DNA of 62,931 bases, the filler included, from Olpidium bornovanus S191 (taxonomy: Eukaryota > Fungi > Olpidiomycota): assembly GCA_017911155.1 (NCBI GenBank). It is 27 parts of 27 records of this genome, joined end to end, with 100 filler letters (N's around TTAATTAATTAA, not from the genome) between each part and the next. Parts side by side here need not be neighbours in the genome. Positions count along the whole stretch, not along the records: positions 34,607 to 36,727 come from JAEFCI010001771.1; positions 36,828 to 38,839 come from JAEFCI010012434.1; positions 38,940 to 40,424 come from JAEFCI010005390.1; positions 40,525 to 42,219 come from JAEFCI010009251.1; positions 42,320 to 43,478 come from JAEFCI010001274.1; positions 43,579 to 46,065 come from JAEFCI010005444.1; positions 46,166 to 47,419 come from JAEFCI010013470.1; 20 more parts are not named here. One strand, 5' to 3'. Both the position numbers and the translations under genes were made by a program. Each line of letters begins with the position of its first letter. Position 1 is the stretch's first letter. The notes under the pieces are model-generated. The model worked only from the letters and a program-made list of their open reading frames with translations, had not been told where the DNA came from and searched no databases. Below, in pieces: positions 34,607 to 46,379 of the stretch.

Positions 34607-36065
34607 CATGTTCTTCACGAGCTGCCAGTAAAGATCTGGGTACTTGTTCGCGTCGATTTGCGCATCCTTCAGCCGAGGATATGCCCTAGAATCACGTCAA
34701 TCCCATAAAGAAACTGCGCAGACAGCCCGAAGCCCAGCCACCTGGGCAGCCGTTTTCTTACCATCCATTTCTATCGCCAAGAAACTCCATTAAGAGTACG
34801 TGCATCCGCAGCAGCAGTGGCTCCGGGCACGGTATGCCTGCAGAATGCAGTCGCTTGAGGTTCCTCATTTCCTTCTCGGCCCAGACCTTTACCATCTTCC
34901 GGGGATTCCTCTTCGAATATCCGTGGCGGAAGCGATATTCGCCCGTAACATAGCGGTCGCGGTCCTTAAAGGTGAGGATGGACGTCTTGTACACCTTGAT
35001 GGCGCGGTGCACGCCCGACTCGGTCACCGCGTGGTAAACGTTGGCCTCTTTGCCCGTGGAGATACAGCCGTTGATCTCGTATACCACGTTGCGATTCAGC
35101 AGCTTAAAAAGGATGATGCGCGTCCGCGGGTCAAGCACCTGCTCGCTGGTCGCGCGGTCGGCCTTGTCGTTCTCCTTTTGCCTGATGAACCGCGTTTGGG
35201 AACGATATAAAAAAGCCTGCTCCGAGGTGCGTGATGGAGGGTGACGGTCAAAAAAAAGTAGCTCACCGATCACCGGCAGACTTCTTCCCACCGCCAAGTT
35301 TTCCGATTCCGGGGGCGATAGGTTCGTCTGGATACAAAAACAGAGACAGCAATGGACGTCAGCTTTACGCATGGTGAGTTTGCAATTTAACACTGCAACA
35401 CTTGGAATAGCGTACCCAAATGAATCCGTCCAGCGTACTTGCTCAGCGCGGTCAGCTGGTCTTCGAAACTGGCAACCGCGCCCATTCTCGTCTTGGCCTC
35501 TCGCCCTTGTCCCGACCTCGCTGGCAACTGGGGGGGCGTCCCCGTCGCCCCTGGCGGCCGGTTACGTACAGCAACTCCAGCAGCCACACCAGCTTCTTGC
35601 CTCAGCTTATTGTACTTCTTGGTAAAGTCTAGAGGCAGACGGGAAACGGCACCGGCAATTTAGCAACCTGGCCCTTTCCTAGCAGCACAGGCCAAAAAGC
35701 ACACACGAAGGGGCGCGCAGTTGGGTACCGCCGGCCGTGCCGTCCCACAAGTGATCGTCCAGCGCTTCGTCCAGCGTTTCGTCCAGCTCGACTTCGTCAA
35801 AGTCGTCGAATTCAGAATAGAGCAGCTCTTCCGAATCCGCGTCGGAGAGTTCGTCCGAGGGGCGGTCCATGCCCGGTGTGGCGTCGGCGCTGCCGAGCTC
35901 CCCGGCGGTGCGCGCCTCCTCCACCGGTTCCTCGGCAACCTCGGCCGCGACTCCGGCGGGCGCGTCAGCGTCCAAGGGACCCACGTCGTCGTATATCCTG
36001 GCGGATTTCGCCAGGTGCGGGGCGGCGCGCCCGTCCGGCACGACGCGCACAGCAGCGGAAACCAT
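34607..36065 (-). CDS. RIO1: Rio1 atypical kinase (40S maturation), multi-exon, 3'-partial
   Basis: [23 protein letters not shown]...[17 protein letters not shown]...[52 protein letters not shown]...HVLLMEFLG|[11 protein letters not shown] at 36065 with an acidic N-terminus. Confidence 0.96.
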
Positions 36066-37721
36066 TTCTCCCTCGCGTGTCTGCCGGCGGCGGCGGGTTG
36101 GTGGGTGTTTGCTTTATTTTGCGCGAGCACCCGCTGCGGGCCGCCCTCGTTCCGGCGGCCCCCTTAACATCCCTGCCCGCCAAGGGGGAGGGGAGGCCGT
36201 TGGGTGAATGCCCCCCGCCATGGAAGCAGGTCGCCGTCTCCCTGGCCAAAAAGGCAGCGTGAAACCTGCCGCCGCAACGCCCAAGTCATCATCGTTAGGT
36301 CGATGAGGCGCCGGACGTGGGTGGCGCCAGCTCAGCCGCAGTTGGGCTAATGCATCATTTTGATGCGCACCGTTATTCCGCGAAGGCGTAACAGGGCGGC
36401 GTGGACATTCCGAAATGAACCCCTGAGGTCTGTCGGCGGCTGCATGCGTTCTTTCAGGCGGCAGCTGAAAACCTCATCATAGGAAATTTTGTGCAGCATC
36501 AACTCGCTCACTGGCTCCCCAAGTTGATCTGGTACGCCATCACCTCTGACTCCACCATCGGGTTGGGCACGTCACAAAGCTCCCTGATTTTCAAATTTCG
36601 ACGAACACATGGCTCTAGACCGCATAGCTCTCGTTCTGAAAGGTAGATCGCCAAAATTTTGCACGGAACCAAATGCACAGGAGGTCGCGGTGAAAATGCG
36701 CAACAGTGCAATAAGATCAGATGCGCANNNNNNNNNNNNNNNNNNNNNNNNNNNNNNNNNNNNNNNNNNNNTTAATTAATTAANNNNNNNNNNNNNNNNN
36801 NNNNNNNNNNNNNNNNNNNNNNNNNNNCCGTGTCCCGCCAGTAGTAAATAAGCCGGACGGCAGCACACGATTCCCTGTGGACCCGGGATATTCCTGTCGC
36901 CCGGGCGCAAAACAGCTTCTCTGGCCTCGCCTGTAGTATCTTTTCGGAGGGCACAAGTACAGTTAGTCGGCACTTCTCCGACGCCGACGAGATACCGGAC
37001 TCCGAGTCGTTCCATCAGGATTCTGCTCCTGGTTTGGCGAAAGCACGGTTTCTGTGGCAGCAGTCATTTGGGAGCGTCCCGAACGTGATTATGGAAGTCC
37101 CTCCCCGTTGAGTATAAATCCCGAAAATGAGCGACGGAGGGGAGGGCGCGCGGAGGCCACCATGCAACGGGGTAGGGGGAGATTCGCGTTCTGCCTCTCT
37201 CCACGGTTGCTGGTGTTCGTTCACCCGCTCTGGCCCTGTTTGGCGTTCTGCTGTTGTTCCCTTTTTGTTCTTCGTTCTTTTCGGGTAAGCGGGATGGGGT
37301 GGGGAGGGGCTGTGAAGCCGAGCGCATTTTGTCCTGTTGTGGTGTCTGCGGCGAAACCAACTTTGGGGCGCCCTCCCGCCCATCCCCCCCCCCCTTCCCG
37401 GGTGGCCGGGGCGCGTGTCAAATGCGGCCACAGCCGCGATCCCGTAGAAGACGAACAAAAAAAAAATAATAATAATTAGCGCGTCGAAATTCCGTACCCG
37501 GGCCCCACCACCCCCATCCTTCCAACCGCCCGCCTTCCCCGCCTCGCCAAGTCCTCTTTCCTTCCCGAATCCCTCCTCGCCTCCCCCCCCCCCCCCCCCC
37601 CTCCCTCTCCTCTTTCCTGGAAAACTCTTGGAAAAAAGCCGCCGGTGCGCAGGGCGGAAGAATTACTTCCCAGTCGAGAGTCGCCCGCCGCGCAAATTCA
37701 ATCAAGGACGGTTCGCGCGGG

Positions 37722-38839
37722 ATGCCTACTGCCGCCGTAAAACCCATCGCGTCCCAGGACGTCGCGTCGCGCCTCGAATGGTGTTCCAAATTGGATGTCC
37801 ACGTGACGCCGAAGGCCCTCCGCAAATGTTCCATCATCTGCACGATCGGTAAGAGGGCGTCCGTGTCAGGCCGGATTTCCGCTGCCGTTTGTATCTTTTT
37901 TTTTCTATTTCTTTGTTTTATTTTTGTTTTTCCTTTTCATTTCCTTTTCTTGATTCCGGCGCGGGCGCAGTTCGTCGCTTCGTCGTATTCAGATTTATTT
38001 TCCTCTTCTTACGCGGCGGTCAATTTTTCGGTTTCCCTCTGTTTGCAGGTCCGAAGACGGCTTCTGTGGAAATGATCAGCGCCCTCCGCGACGCCGGTAT
38101 GAACATCCTGCGCATGAACTTCTCGCACGGTTCCTACGAGGTACGGCCCTGGCTTTTTGGCACAAAGAAAAACAAAAGCTGTTTTGGGTTGGGAAGAGAA
38201 TAGTGAAGGGGAACCGGTGGTCTCCCGTGATTTGACCGTATCCCATACGCCAGTACCATGGATCTGTCGTGAAGAACGCGCGCGCCTCGACCGCCAAAAA
38301 CGGGCGCGTGCTCGCCATCGCCCTGGACACGAAAGGCCCCGAGATCCGAACCGGCATGACCGCCAATGACGAGGATGTATGACGCCGAGCCCAGGACCGG
38401 GGCAGGGGGGGGGTGGCGCCTTTTTTCGTCACCCCGATCTCCCTTCTCCGGGGCACAACCACAGTACCACCGAGCAAAACCGCCCGGCTGACCCCAGTGA
38501 TCTCCGAAACCAAAAAATGAACTTTTGTTCAACGCAACCATATCAGATAGATATTCCAGCCGGACACGAAATGAGGTTCAGCACCGACGAGAAGTACGCG
38601 AACGCCGGCACGAAGGAAGTCATCTACATCGGTCAGTTCACGATCTGCAGCACTGAGACGGTTGCGGTGAAGGGGGGGGGGGGGGGTGGGGGGGGGAGAG
38701 CACAAAAAGCGCACGTGACATGGCAGATTGACGGACCCCGCCGTACGATCGGGCGTCGTTTTAAAGATTACCAGAACCTACCGAAGCGAACCAGCCCTGG
38801 CAAGTTCATTTACATCGACGACGGCAACCTGCAGTTCGA
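37722..38839 (+). CDS. PYK1: Pyruvate kinase, N-terminal exons (3'-partial)
   Basis: [10 protein letters not shown]|[30 protein letters not shown]|[10 protein letters not shown]...[15 protein letters not shown]|...DYQNLPK...IYIDDG. Confidence 0.96.
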
Positions 38840-38939
38840 NNNNNNNNNNNNNNNNNNNNNNNNNNNNNNNNNNNNNNNNNNNNTTAATTAATTAANNNNN
38901 NNNNNNNNNNNNNNNNNNNNNNNNNNNNNNNNNNNNNNN

Positions 38940-39686
38940 CATGATACGCGCCGAAGCAGAGGAGCTCAAGTCAGAGTCGTACGGCGTCGAACTTCTCCAC
39001 TCCATCGGATACACCTACAGCTCCAAGGCACGGCAGTACCTGGGCAAGGACGTCGCCTTCGGGGTTCCAAAGTTCTTCCAGCAGGTGCGGGAGAAGGGCC
39101 ACATCATCTCGGAAACGGTGTCCACCCTCCGCTCGGCGATCGACCTCCGGCAGAGCTTCAGCCAGCTCCAGGAGGCGCAAAAGAACGGCACGCTCGACGC
39201 TGCTGGTCAGGCGAGGTTGGAAGAGATGGCGGCACAGAAAGTCGGTATTTTACGTTTTCAGCCTCTTTTTTGGTCTTCACGCGTCCTCGCTTTTTCTTTT
39301 TTTTTCCGTTTGATTATCTTGCTGTCGTCGATCTTGACGGTGCTCCACCACCCCCTCCTCCTCCCCGCCCGCCCCGCTCTCCTCTTTCTTCCTTTTGGCG
39401 AACAGGGTCTCTCGGCGATATGGCAGACGTCGAAGCTCGACGTCGAGTCCGTGCTGCGCGACGTGTGCGACAAGGTTCTTGGCGATCCTGATGCGCCTAA
39501 CGACCTGCTGAGGAGGCGAGCCGAGGGTTTGAAGATTATCGGAAAAGTACGGCGTTTCTCAGTTCATTTTTTTTTTGGTGTTGGACCCGGTACGCTGTCG
39601 TTGCTGAACGCTTTCGGGCGGGTCCGTTATTGGTACAGATCTACGAGGGCGTCCGACCAGACCCCGTCGAATCAGGTCGCCAATAA
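38940..39686 (+). CDS. DnaJ-X domain J-protein (Djp1/Caj1 family), C-terminal exons
   Basis: EAEELKSESYGVELLHSIGYTY...VREKGHIISETVSTLRSAID|GLSAIWQTSKLDVESVLRDVCDKVL...RRRAEGLKIIGK|IYEGVRPDPVESGRQ* (TAA at 39684-39686). Confidence 0.85.
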
Positions 39687-40524
39687 AATCAGCTTTTTCT
39701 CGCGGAAACCGACAAATGGCGAGACCTCCTCGGCTCCGTTGAAATTCCTGCTTGTTGCCGCCACGGCAACCCGTTAAGTCTCTTTTTTTCTTTTTTTTTT
39801 CCACGTCATTTCACTTGGATGGGATCACTGCTTCCCTCTTAGCCTCTGTACACGCCTTCCATTAGCCTTCCTCGCTCTCCCACGATCACATTTCAATTGA
39901 AAAAGAGAGAACCCCCCCCTGCTGTTTTCTTGCCTCTTTTATTTCCGTTTCCGTCTCTGCTGCTTCCTTGTGCTCCGTTCCATTTTACACTGGAGATACC
40001 CGTAAAAGTAAAATTATGTCTTCCGCTCACCTTTTTTTTCCTGTCACGAAATCAACGACGGTAAGACAGGGGCGAAGCTTTTTCTCGTTTTGTTTTGGGT
40101 TTCTGCGTCGCGGACGCCCATACTTCTGCCGTAGATCCTCGGCGATCCCCCCAACTGGGCGAATCCACAACGGATCTCAACCTGACCTTGCAGCAAACAA
40201 AAGCGTTGGTCCCGTCTCTGCCAGCTTTTTGGATCTCGTCAAAATAATCCGGGGGGTGACCCGGGGGAAGAAAGGCGGGGGGGGGGGGGGGGGGGGGGGA
40301 GGGGGGCAGGGGGGAAGCTGAAACGGGGCCTTTTCGAGGGCGAACGGGCGGGCCGTCGTCCTCAAGGGCTGGCCGAGGAAGAGGGCGGCTGGTTCGCGGC
40401 GCAGCGCGAGGCGGCCGTGATCGGNNNNNNNNNNNNNNNNNNNNNNNNNNNNNNNNNNNNNNNNNNNNTTAATTAATTAANNNNNNNNNNNNNNNNNNNN
40501 NNNNNNNNNNNNNNNNNNNNNNNN

Positions 40525-41443
40525 CATGGTTCGAAAAGAAAACGCCTCAGTCGCAGAAGGAATAAGCCATTCAAGGTTGCGATCTGGACGATTGGACGTA
40601 AGCTTTTTTAAAAAAAATTGGTAGCCAATACACCCACAAGATTCTGCTTGTGGATCATATCCAGCTGCCGCTGACGCCTTGCCGCGTGCAGCATTTGCAA
40701 GTACTCTGGGCCCGGTTGCGATCTCCTGCTGTAGTCATACTCTTTGGCTGTCGCTTTCGTGATGTCCGCCACTTTCTCAACGAGGATTGAGCTTTGGCGT
40801 TCAATCTCCGCCAAACGAGCTGCCGGCGCGAAATGGAAACGTCAAGCGGAGAAAATGGAAGTTGAAAACGCAAACCGGGGAAGGGACCAACCGGCCTGTC
40901 ACCTTCTTCGTTCTGAATTTTCCGCACGTTGACCTCCAGGTGTCTGTGGGCTTTCGGCGGCCGGTTGTCGATCGTCGCTTTCGTGCGCCTGAGCTTCCGC
41001 AGGTGAAGCTGGCGATTGTGCTCGTCCCACTTTTTTGCCAGCAGCTTGTTACAGGTGGGGTTAAAACTAATGTACGACCGGTGGGAAGGGTATTTTGCGG
41101 CTTCGTAGTTGGTGGTGTGCGGCCTGCAATCGTTGACGTAATTCCTGTCGAGCAATAAACGCTTCGAGGCGTCGGCGCGGTCGTGGCCCTCAAACGCGCG
41201 GCCCGCCGGCGCCTTCGACGGCACTTCGACCGGCGCACTTCCCGGCGAGGCATCGCCGCCCCGCGGCCGGCGGTCCCTCGCACTATCCGCGCCAGCTTCC
41301 GTGGCGCCGGGCGGCGCCCGCGCAGCGATTTTGGCCCGGAACGTTCCGCCCGGTGCCTGTCGAGGGGACGACGGCCCGGCACCCCGCACAGCGGGACGGC
41401 CGGTGGCCTTGGCCTGCTCCGCGGGCTGGGCGGCGGTGCTCAT
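40525..41443 (-). CDS. CFAP97/KIAA1430-domain ciliary protein (CFAP97D2-like), 3'-partial
   Basis: HRSYISFNPTCNKLLAKKWDEHNRQLHLRKLRRTKATIDNRPPKAHRHLEVNVRKIQNEE|ARLAEIERQSSILVEKV...RRQRQLDMIHKQNL follows the CFAP97D pattern HRxYxP..NKLL..KWD...H..K......IDNxPP...HL....KK.Q.EEER...IER.N.IL.EK. Confidence 0.8.
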
Positions 41444-41692
41444 CCTTCGCCTGCCAGGCCGTGGAAACCCGCGCTGCTCATGAGAGAGATTTCCAAAAGA
41501 CGCCCGCTCCCGCGGGGCTTTCGTCTAATGCGCCCAGATTTTTCCGACGGTCCCGTCGTCTGGCGGGACATTGCTGCATTTCGTCCGGTTGCGGCGCGGG
41601 TTCCCCGCTTTCTGCTCCAGCGACAACCCTGAAGTTCAGATGAGAACAAACGAAGGGAAAAAAGGATAAAAAGCAACAAAATAATTACAAAA

Positions 41693-41764
41693 CTCTCCGA
41701 CCGGGAATCGAACCCGGGTCACCCGCGTGACAGGCGGGGATAATAACCACTATACGATCGAAGA
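41693..41764 (-). tRNA. tRNA-Asp(GTC), intronless, 72 nt
   Basis: TCTTCGATCGTATAGTGGTTATTATCCCCGCCTGTCACGCGGGTGACCCGGGTTCGATTCCCGGTCGGAGAG. Acceptor stem TCTTCGA/TCGGAGA, anticodon stem CCCGC/GCGGG, T-loop TTCGATT, followed by a TTTT Pol III terminator (41692-41689). Confidence 0.96.
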
Positions 41765-42796
41765 CCTTGTTTGGTTGTGGTGAAATTTGCTGCGTTCAAC
41801 CATTTATGGTAAAGCGGATCCTTTTTATGACCTCACCTTACTGCTCCTTCGACCATGGAAGCAACATAAATGCACGCCAACCCTCGGGCTGAGCCCCCTC
41901 CCCCCCCCAAAAAAAAAAATGTTTTGACCGCATACATTGCGCATACTGCCTGTCCTCGGCCGGCCGGCCAGCTGGGCAACGACGAACGCTTGGTCCTGTT
42001 GAAACAAAAGACAACGGCGGAAAGGCAATTAAAAATTGGCTGTACAATGACTAAACGCACATAACGCCATGTTTGTCTTCCAGAACCGAAAAAAGAGGAC
42101 GTGGAACAACAGAGGTGATCCTGGCGCTACGGTTTATCCGAGATGTGGTGAATTGGGCTCGCTTGCGGTTGGCTCGCTTACGGATTTTCGCGTGCAGTTA
42201 CATTCCGTTGGGGTCATGGNNNNNNNNNNNNNNNNNNNNNNNNNNNNNNNNNNNNNNNNNNNNTTAATTAATTAANNNNNNNNNNNNNNNNNNNNNNNNN
42301 NNNNNNNNNNNNNNNNNNNCATGCCTGCTGTTTTCTACTAAAATGGTGGCTGACTTCGAACTTTCAGTGGTGACTGCTCTTCACCACAGAACCAGACCTA
42401 CCTGTTTCTGGCTCCTTTGACAGACCTCTTCAAAGGCTTCAAAGGGACTTGAATATCCTTTGTTGCCAACATCGCGCGCAGTCGGCATTTTTTTTTGCGG
42501 CCGCTGACATACCTGTTTTTCTCTCTCTCTCTCTCTCTCCCAGGGGGGCGCCGCCGGGGGGGGGGGGGGGGGGGGGGGGCCAATAGGAACCAGAATAAAA
42601 TTTGGATTCGGAAATATGCACAACCTGCCGCTCACAGGGGGGCCAATAAGAACAAGAATAAAATTTCGTTTTGACTTACGTGCAGGAAAAACAACCAAAG
42701 AAAATTCGATTTCCTTTTCGGCTAACTTTGTTCAGGTGCGTTTTTGGCGGGAAATACCAGGGCAACCCTGGCATAGATTATAATTTTAATAATTAG

Positions 42797-42985
42797 GATC
42801 TCTTCGACGTTATTGCCGTCGAACGACGAGCAAGACAACGAAGAGCTGATTAATCTCAACCGCCTGCAATACGACGCCGTGGTCCCCGGCGTGCAGAAAT
42901 ACGTCTTAGAATTTGATGACGAGAAGGAGGAGTTTTGAGGTGATCCAGATCAGAATCTACTCTAACCACGGGAATCATGGCAGAC
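42797..42985 (+). pseudogene. SUN (Sad1/UNC-84)-like C-terminal exon with apparent +1 frameshift
   Basis: After the acceptor ATTAG: LINLNRLQYDAVVPGVQKYVLEFDDEKEEF /extra T in TTTT at ~42933-42936/ EVIQIRIYSNHGN. This resembles the SUN motif LGxFxYD...QxF...VxLRIxSNxG, but the following YTCxYR was not found. Confidence 0.38.
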
Positions 42986-43583
42986 AAGCCGTTGCAATTT
43001 TTTCACTCTTCGACTGGCGAACCTTGAAAATGCCTTGGGGACAGTGGGGGAAAGGAAGGAATGGTGGGCGATTGCTTTTTTTGGACCAAGGTCTCGTTTC
43101 TAACGCAAACGTTTAATGGCACGGAAAATAAGAAAGATTGCCCGATGGAGGCACGCAGCACCCGGCATATTCGGTTGTCTTTTTCCACGAGGCTCGCAAA
43201 AACATCCGAATGTTAACACTTCTTTTTTATGCCGTTGGCCGTCGCGACACCCAGTTTATTCTTTTGTTAATTCTTTGTTCCTGTACCATAGGTGGCGTAC
43301 CGCGATACCGGTCCATCTTATTGCATACCCAAACCCGGCAATTGTCTTTTTTTCCCGCATGTTTGGTGATTCCAAGCTTTGCTTTCGTTGCCCGAGCGGC
43401 GACTTGTTCGACGTTTGGCCCGCCGCGGACGCCCGGGTAAACCAATACCTTTTTTTTCAAGCCCGTTTGTTTACTCCCNNNNNNNNNNNNNNNNNNNNNN
43501 NNNNNNNNNNNNNNNNNNNNNNTTAATTAATTAANNNNNNNNNNNNNNNNNNNNNNNNNNNNNNNNNNNNNNNNNNNNCTCGA

Positions 43584-43620
<37 letters not shown>

Positions 43621-43630
43621 TGAGAGACAT

Positions 43631-46065
43631 ATGCTGCCGCCGTCGCCGGAAGCGCCGCCCTCGCCCCGCCCGCGCGCGCTGGACGCCACCGTCGCCGCCT
43701 CGCTCGCCGCCGCCGCCTTCGGCGAGCTGTCCAGCCCGGCGCCCTTCGGCCTCGCCCTGCCCGCCGCAGTCGAGTCCTGCCCGTGGGCCGACCACCGCGT
43801 CGAGCCGTACCTGCCGCCGGCGCCCGCGCCTCCGCCGCGGCCCTCGCCGCCGGCGGGGCTCTCGGCCCAGCCCGCGGCCGCGCAAGGCGGCCGCGACGCC
43901 GCGACCGGGTCCGGCTTGCTGAATGCGGCGCCTGACGTGCTTGGTGCGGGCGGCGAAAGCCGTCCGGGACCCACGGCCGCGCCGGACGGGGCCTTTGACG
44001 GCGGTACCGAAGAAGACGACGTCGGCGGGGCCCGCGACACCGCCGCCGGAGAGGAAGGCGACGTCTGCGATGGCCGGGACATCGCTGCCGCGGAAAAGGG
44101 TGATTCCTGCGAAGGACGGAACGTCACCGCCGAGAAGGAAGGGGACACCGGCGAAGGCCAGGATATTGCCACCGAGGAGGAATGCGACACCGACGACGGA
44201 CGAAACGTCGCCGAGGAAAAAGGAAACACCGGCGGCGGCCGGGACATGGCCGCCGAGGAGGAACGCGACACCGACGACGGACGAAACGTCTTCGAGGGAA
44301 ATGGCGACACCGGCGGTGGGCGAGGTATCGCCGCCGCCGCGGAGGACGACACCGACGGTGAACGAAACGTCACCGAGGAAAAAGGCGACACTGGCGGTGG
44401 GCGGGACATCGCCGCCGAGGAGGAAGGCGACACCGGCGAGGGACGGAACGTCGCCGGCGAGGGACGGAACGTCGCCGCCGTGGAGGAAGGCGACGCCCTC
44501 GAAAGCCGGGACATTTTTGGCAGCGACGGCCGAGACGTCGCAGCCGAGAAAGGCGTCATCATCGACGTTCCCGATGCGAAGGACGAGGACGCAGATGATT
44601 ATGCGTCGTGTTTTGCCGGCACGCCGTCGCCGCTGAGAGGCTTGTCGCCGATACCGTGCGACAAGGAAGCAGACGTCGAATCCGAGGACGCGTACGAAGA
44701 TTGCAATCTCGACGACTTCGCCTCCTGCGTTGACGAACACGACTTCGGCGACTGCGGCATGAACTCGTTCGAGTCGTTTGCATCCGCCCGGGCGTCTCTC
44801 TCGGTCAGCGGGACTGAGGACTGCGCCCGAATACTGGTGAGTGTGCGAAACGAAGTTCAAGATGCTCGAGCATAACGAGCCTCCGCTGTTGACTGCCGAG
44901 AACCGTACGTTTGTTTCCGGGGGGTCACGGCGTAGGAGTCGCTGAACGTCGCTGAGGTGGACTTTCAAAGGTTGACCGACATAGTCCTTGGGTCGGCGTA
45001 CTGGTTTGCGGATTTGCTGCCTAAACCGGGTTGCGACGTTGGATTTCCGGGAGGTTGGCGCCAAAATTTTAATCGCCAACCAAGCGATTCCGATCGTCTG
45101 GGAGGCGATGGATGGTATGCGGTCTGTTGACCACGCCGTCGTGCCTCCTGCTTAGTCGAATTCGCGGCTGACAACATCTCCCTCACACTCGCGCACTCCA
45201 ACTGCCATTTGATCGCCCCGTCTAGTGTTGAAGTCCTGTCCTGGTTGACTTCGGCTTTGCCGAACCCCGGCGGGGAATCTTTTGCAGGTTTCGAGTGGAA
45301 ATCGTCGGCGCTTTGCAGATTGTACTCAGCCGCCGCCAAACCGTCGTGCCGCGTTGAGGGCGGGCGCGACTCGCCGCCGGCGCCGGCCGCATCTGGATTG
45401 ACTCGCCAGTGCGAATCGCCGCGGGAGGGGCTCGCGACCGGCGGACGCCGCGACCGCGTCGGCTCGTCCGCCTGCGCGGGGAGGAACAAAGATGCGCCGC
45501 GAACTTCCTCCGAAGTCACGGGGCCGTCTCCGGGTTCGCCTCGGCCGGCGGGCAGCGCCGCCGGCTCACGGAGCGGCGCGACCGCCGCGTCGTCTTTGGC
45601 GAAAAACCTGGACCTCGCGCACGTCCGGCAGCTGTGCGGTGTTTCGAAAGGTACGCGTGAAACCCCGCGGAAGTGGGCGTGTTCGCTGGGTTTTTTTTTG
45701 TTCTGGTAAAAGAAAAATCAAAAAATAACCTTCCGCACGCCTCGCTGATAATGCCCGAGTATTCTTTGCCGAATCCTTTGTCTTTTTTTTTTATTTCCAG
45801 CTGCCTTGATGAAACGGAGAGCAGAAGAGCTGTCCTTGCTCCGCGACCACTACGCGGAGGTCTTAGAAAACGCCACCTCGCACCTACGGCGCTGGTTAGA
45901 CGACAAGGAGCAGGCCCTCATGCGTTCCGAGGTGCGTGAAATGCGCATGCGCAAAGTCGCGCGTACGGAAAAGATGGCACGCGTTTTTTACCCCGTGCGA
46001 CACCTTTTTTTGCGTATCACGGCAGATAAACCACAAAATTATCGAATCCCTGGTATGAACCGGCC
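43631..46065 (+). CDS. Laa2/YBL010C-like (aftiphilin-like AP-1 accessory) protein with internal acidic repeats, 3'-partial
   Basis: Long exon 43631-44837 (donor GTGAGT) with DDFASC/DFGD/FESF motifs. Later exons give GFEWKSSALCRLYS, NLDLAHVRQLCGVSK|AALMKRRAEELSLLRDHYAEVLENATSHLRRWLDDKEQALMRSE, matching my recollection of the fungal Laa2-like C-terminus (LDL..R.LC.S...EL..H...L....S..L.YWL). Confidence 0.6.
44006..44550 (+). repeat. Coding tandem repeat: ~13 units of 13-14 aa (39/42 bp), partly as an 81-bp dimer
   Basis: AAGEEGDVCDGRDI / AAAEKGDSCEGRNV / TAEKEGDTGEGQDI / ATEEECDTDDGRNV / AEEKGNTGGGRDM / AAEEERDTDDGRNV / FEGNGDTGGGRGI / AAAAEDDTDGERNV / TEEKGDTGGGRDI / AAEEEGDTGEGRNV ... Confidence 0.92.
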
Positions 46066-46342
46066 NNNNNNNNNNNNNNNNNNNNNNNNNNNNNNNNNNN
46101 NNNNNNNNNTTAATTAATTAANNNNNNNNNNNNNNNNNNNNNNNNNNNNNNNNNNNNNNNNNNNNCATATCACAATTAACGACGCACCGCTGCACCATCT
46201 GGCTCTCGCTTTGCGGCTCTTCGCTTGGAGGGGCGCCTAACATGGACGGGCGGAAACAACAAACGGAAACCAAAAAAAAAAAAAAATAATAAGCAGAAAA
46301 GGGAACTGACCCCCCAGAATTGCCCTTTATTCTTCGCCTTCT

Positions 46343-46379
<37 letters not shown>

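Noticed and set aside
36330-36727. Possible hAT transposase (CDVP/TRW-like) or exon upstream of RIO1
   Set aside because: The motif appears only by combining frames over a few residues; insufficient support.
43523-45079. 518-aa and 343-aa minus-strand ORFs, and the 237-aa alternative + frame
   Set aside because: Shadows of the GC-rich coding repeat. Only the acidic + frame has a splice donor and connects to recognisable downstream exons.
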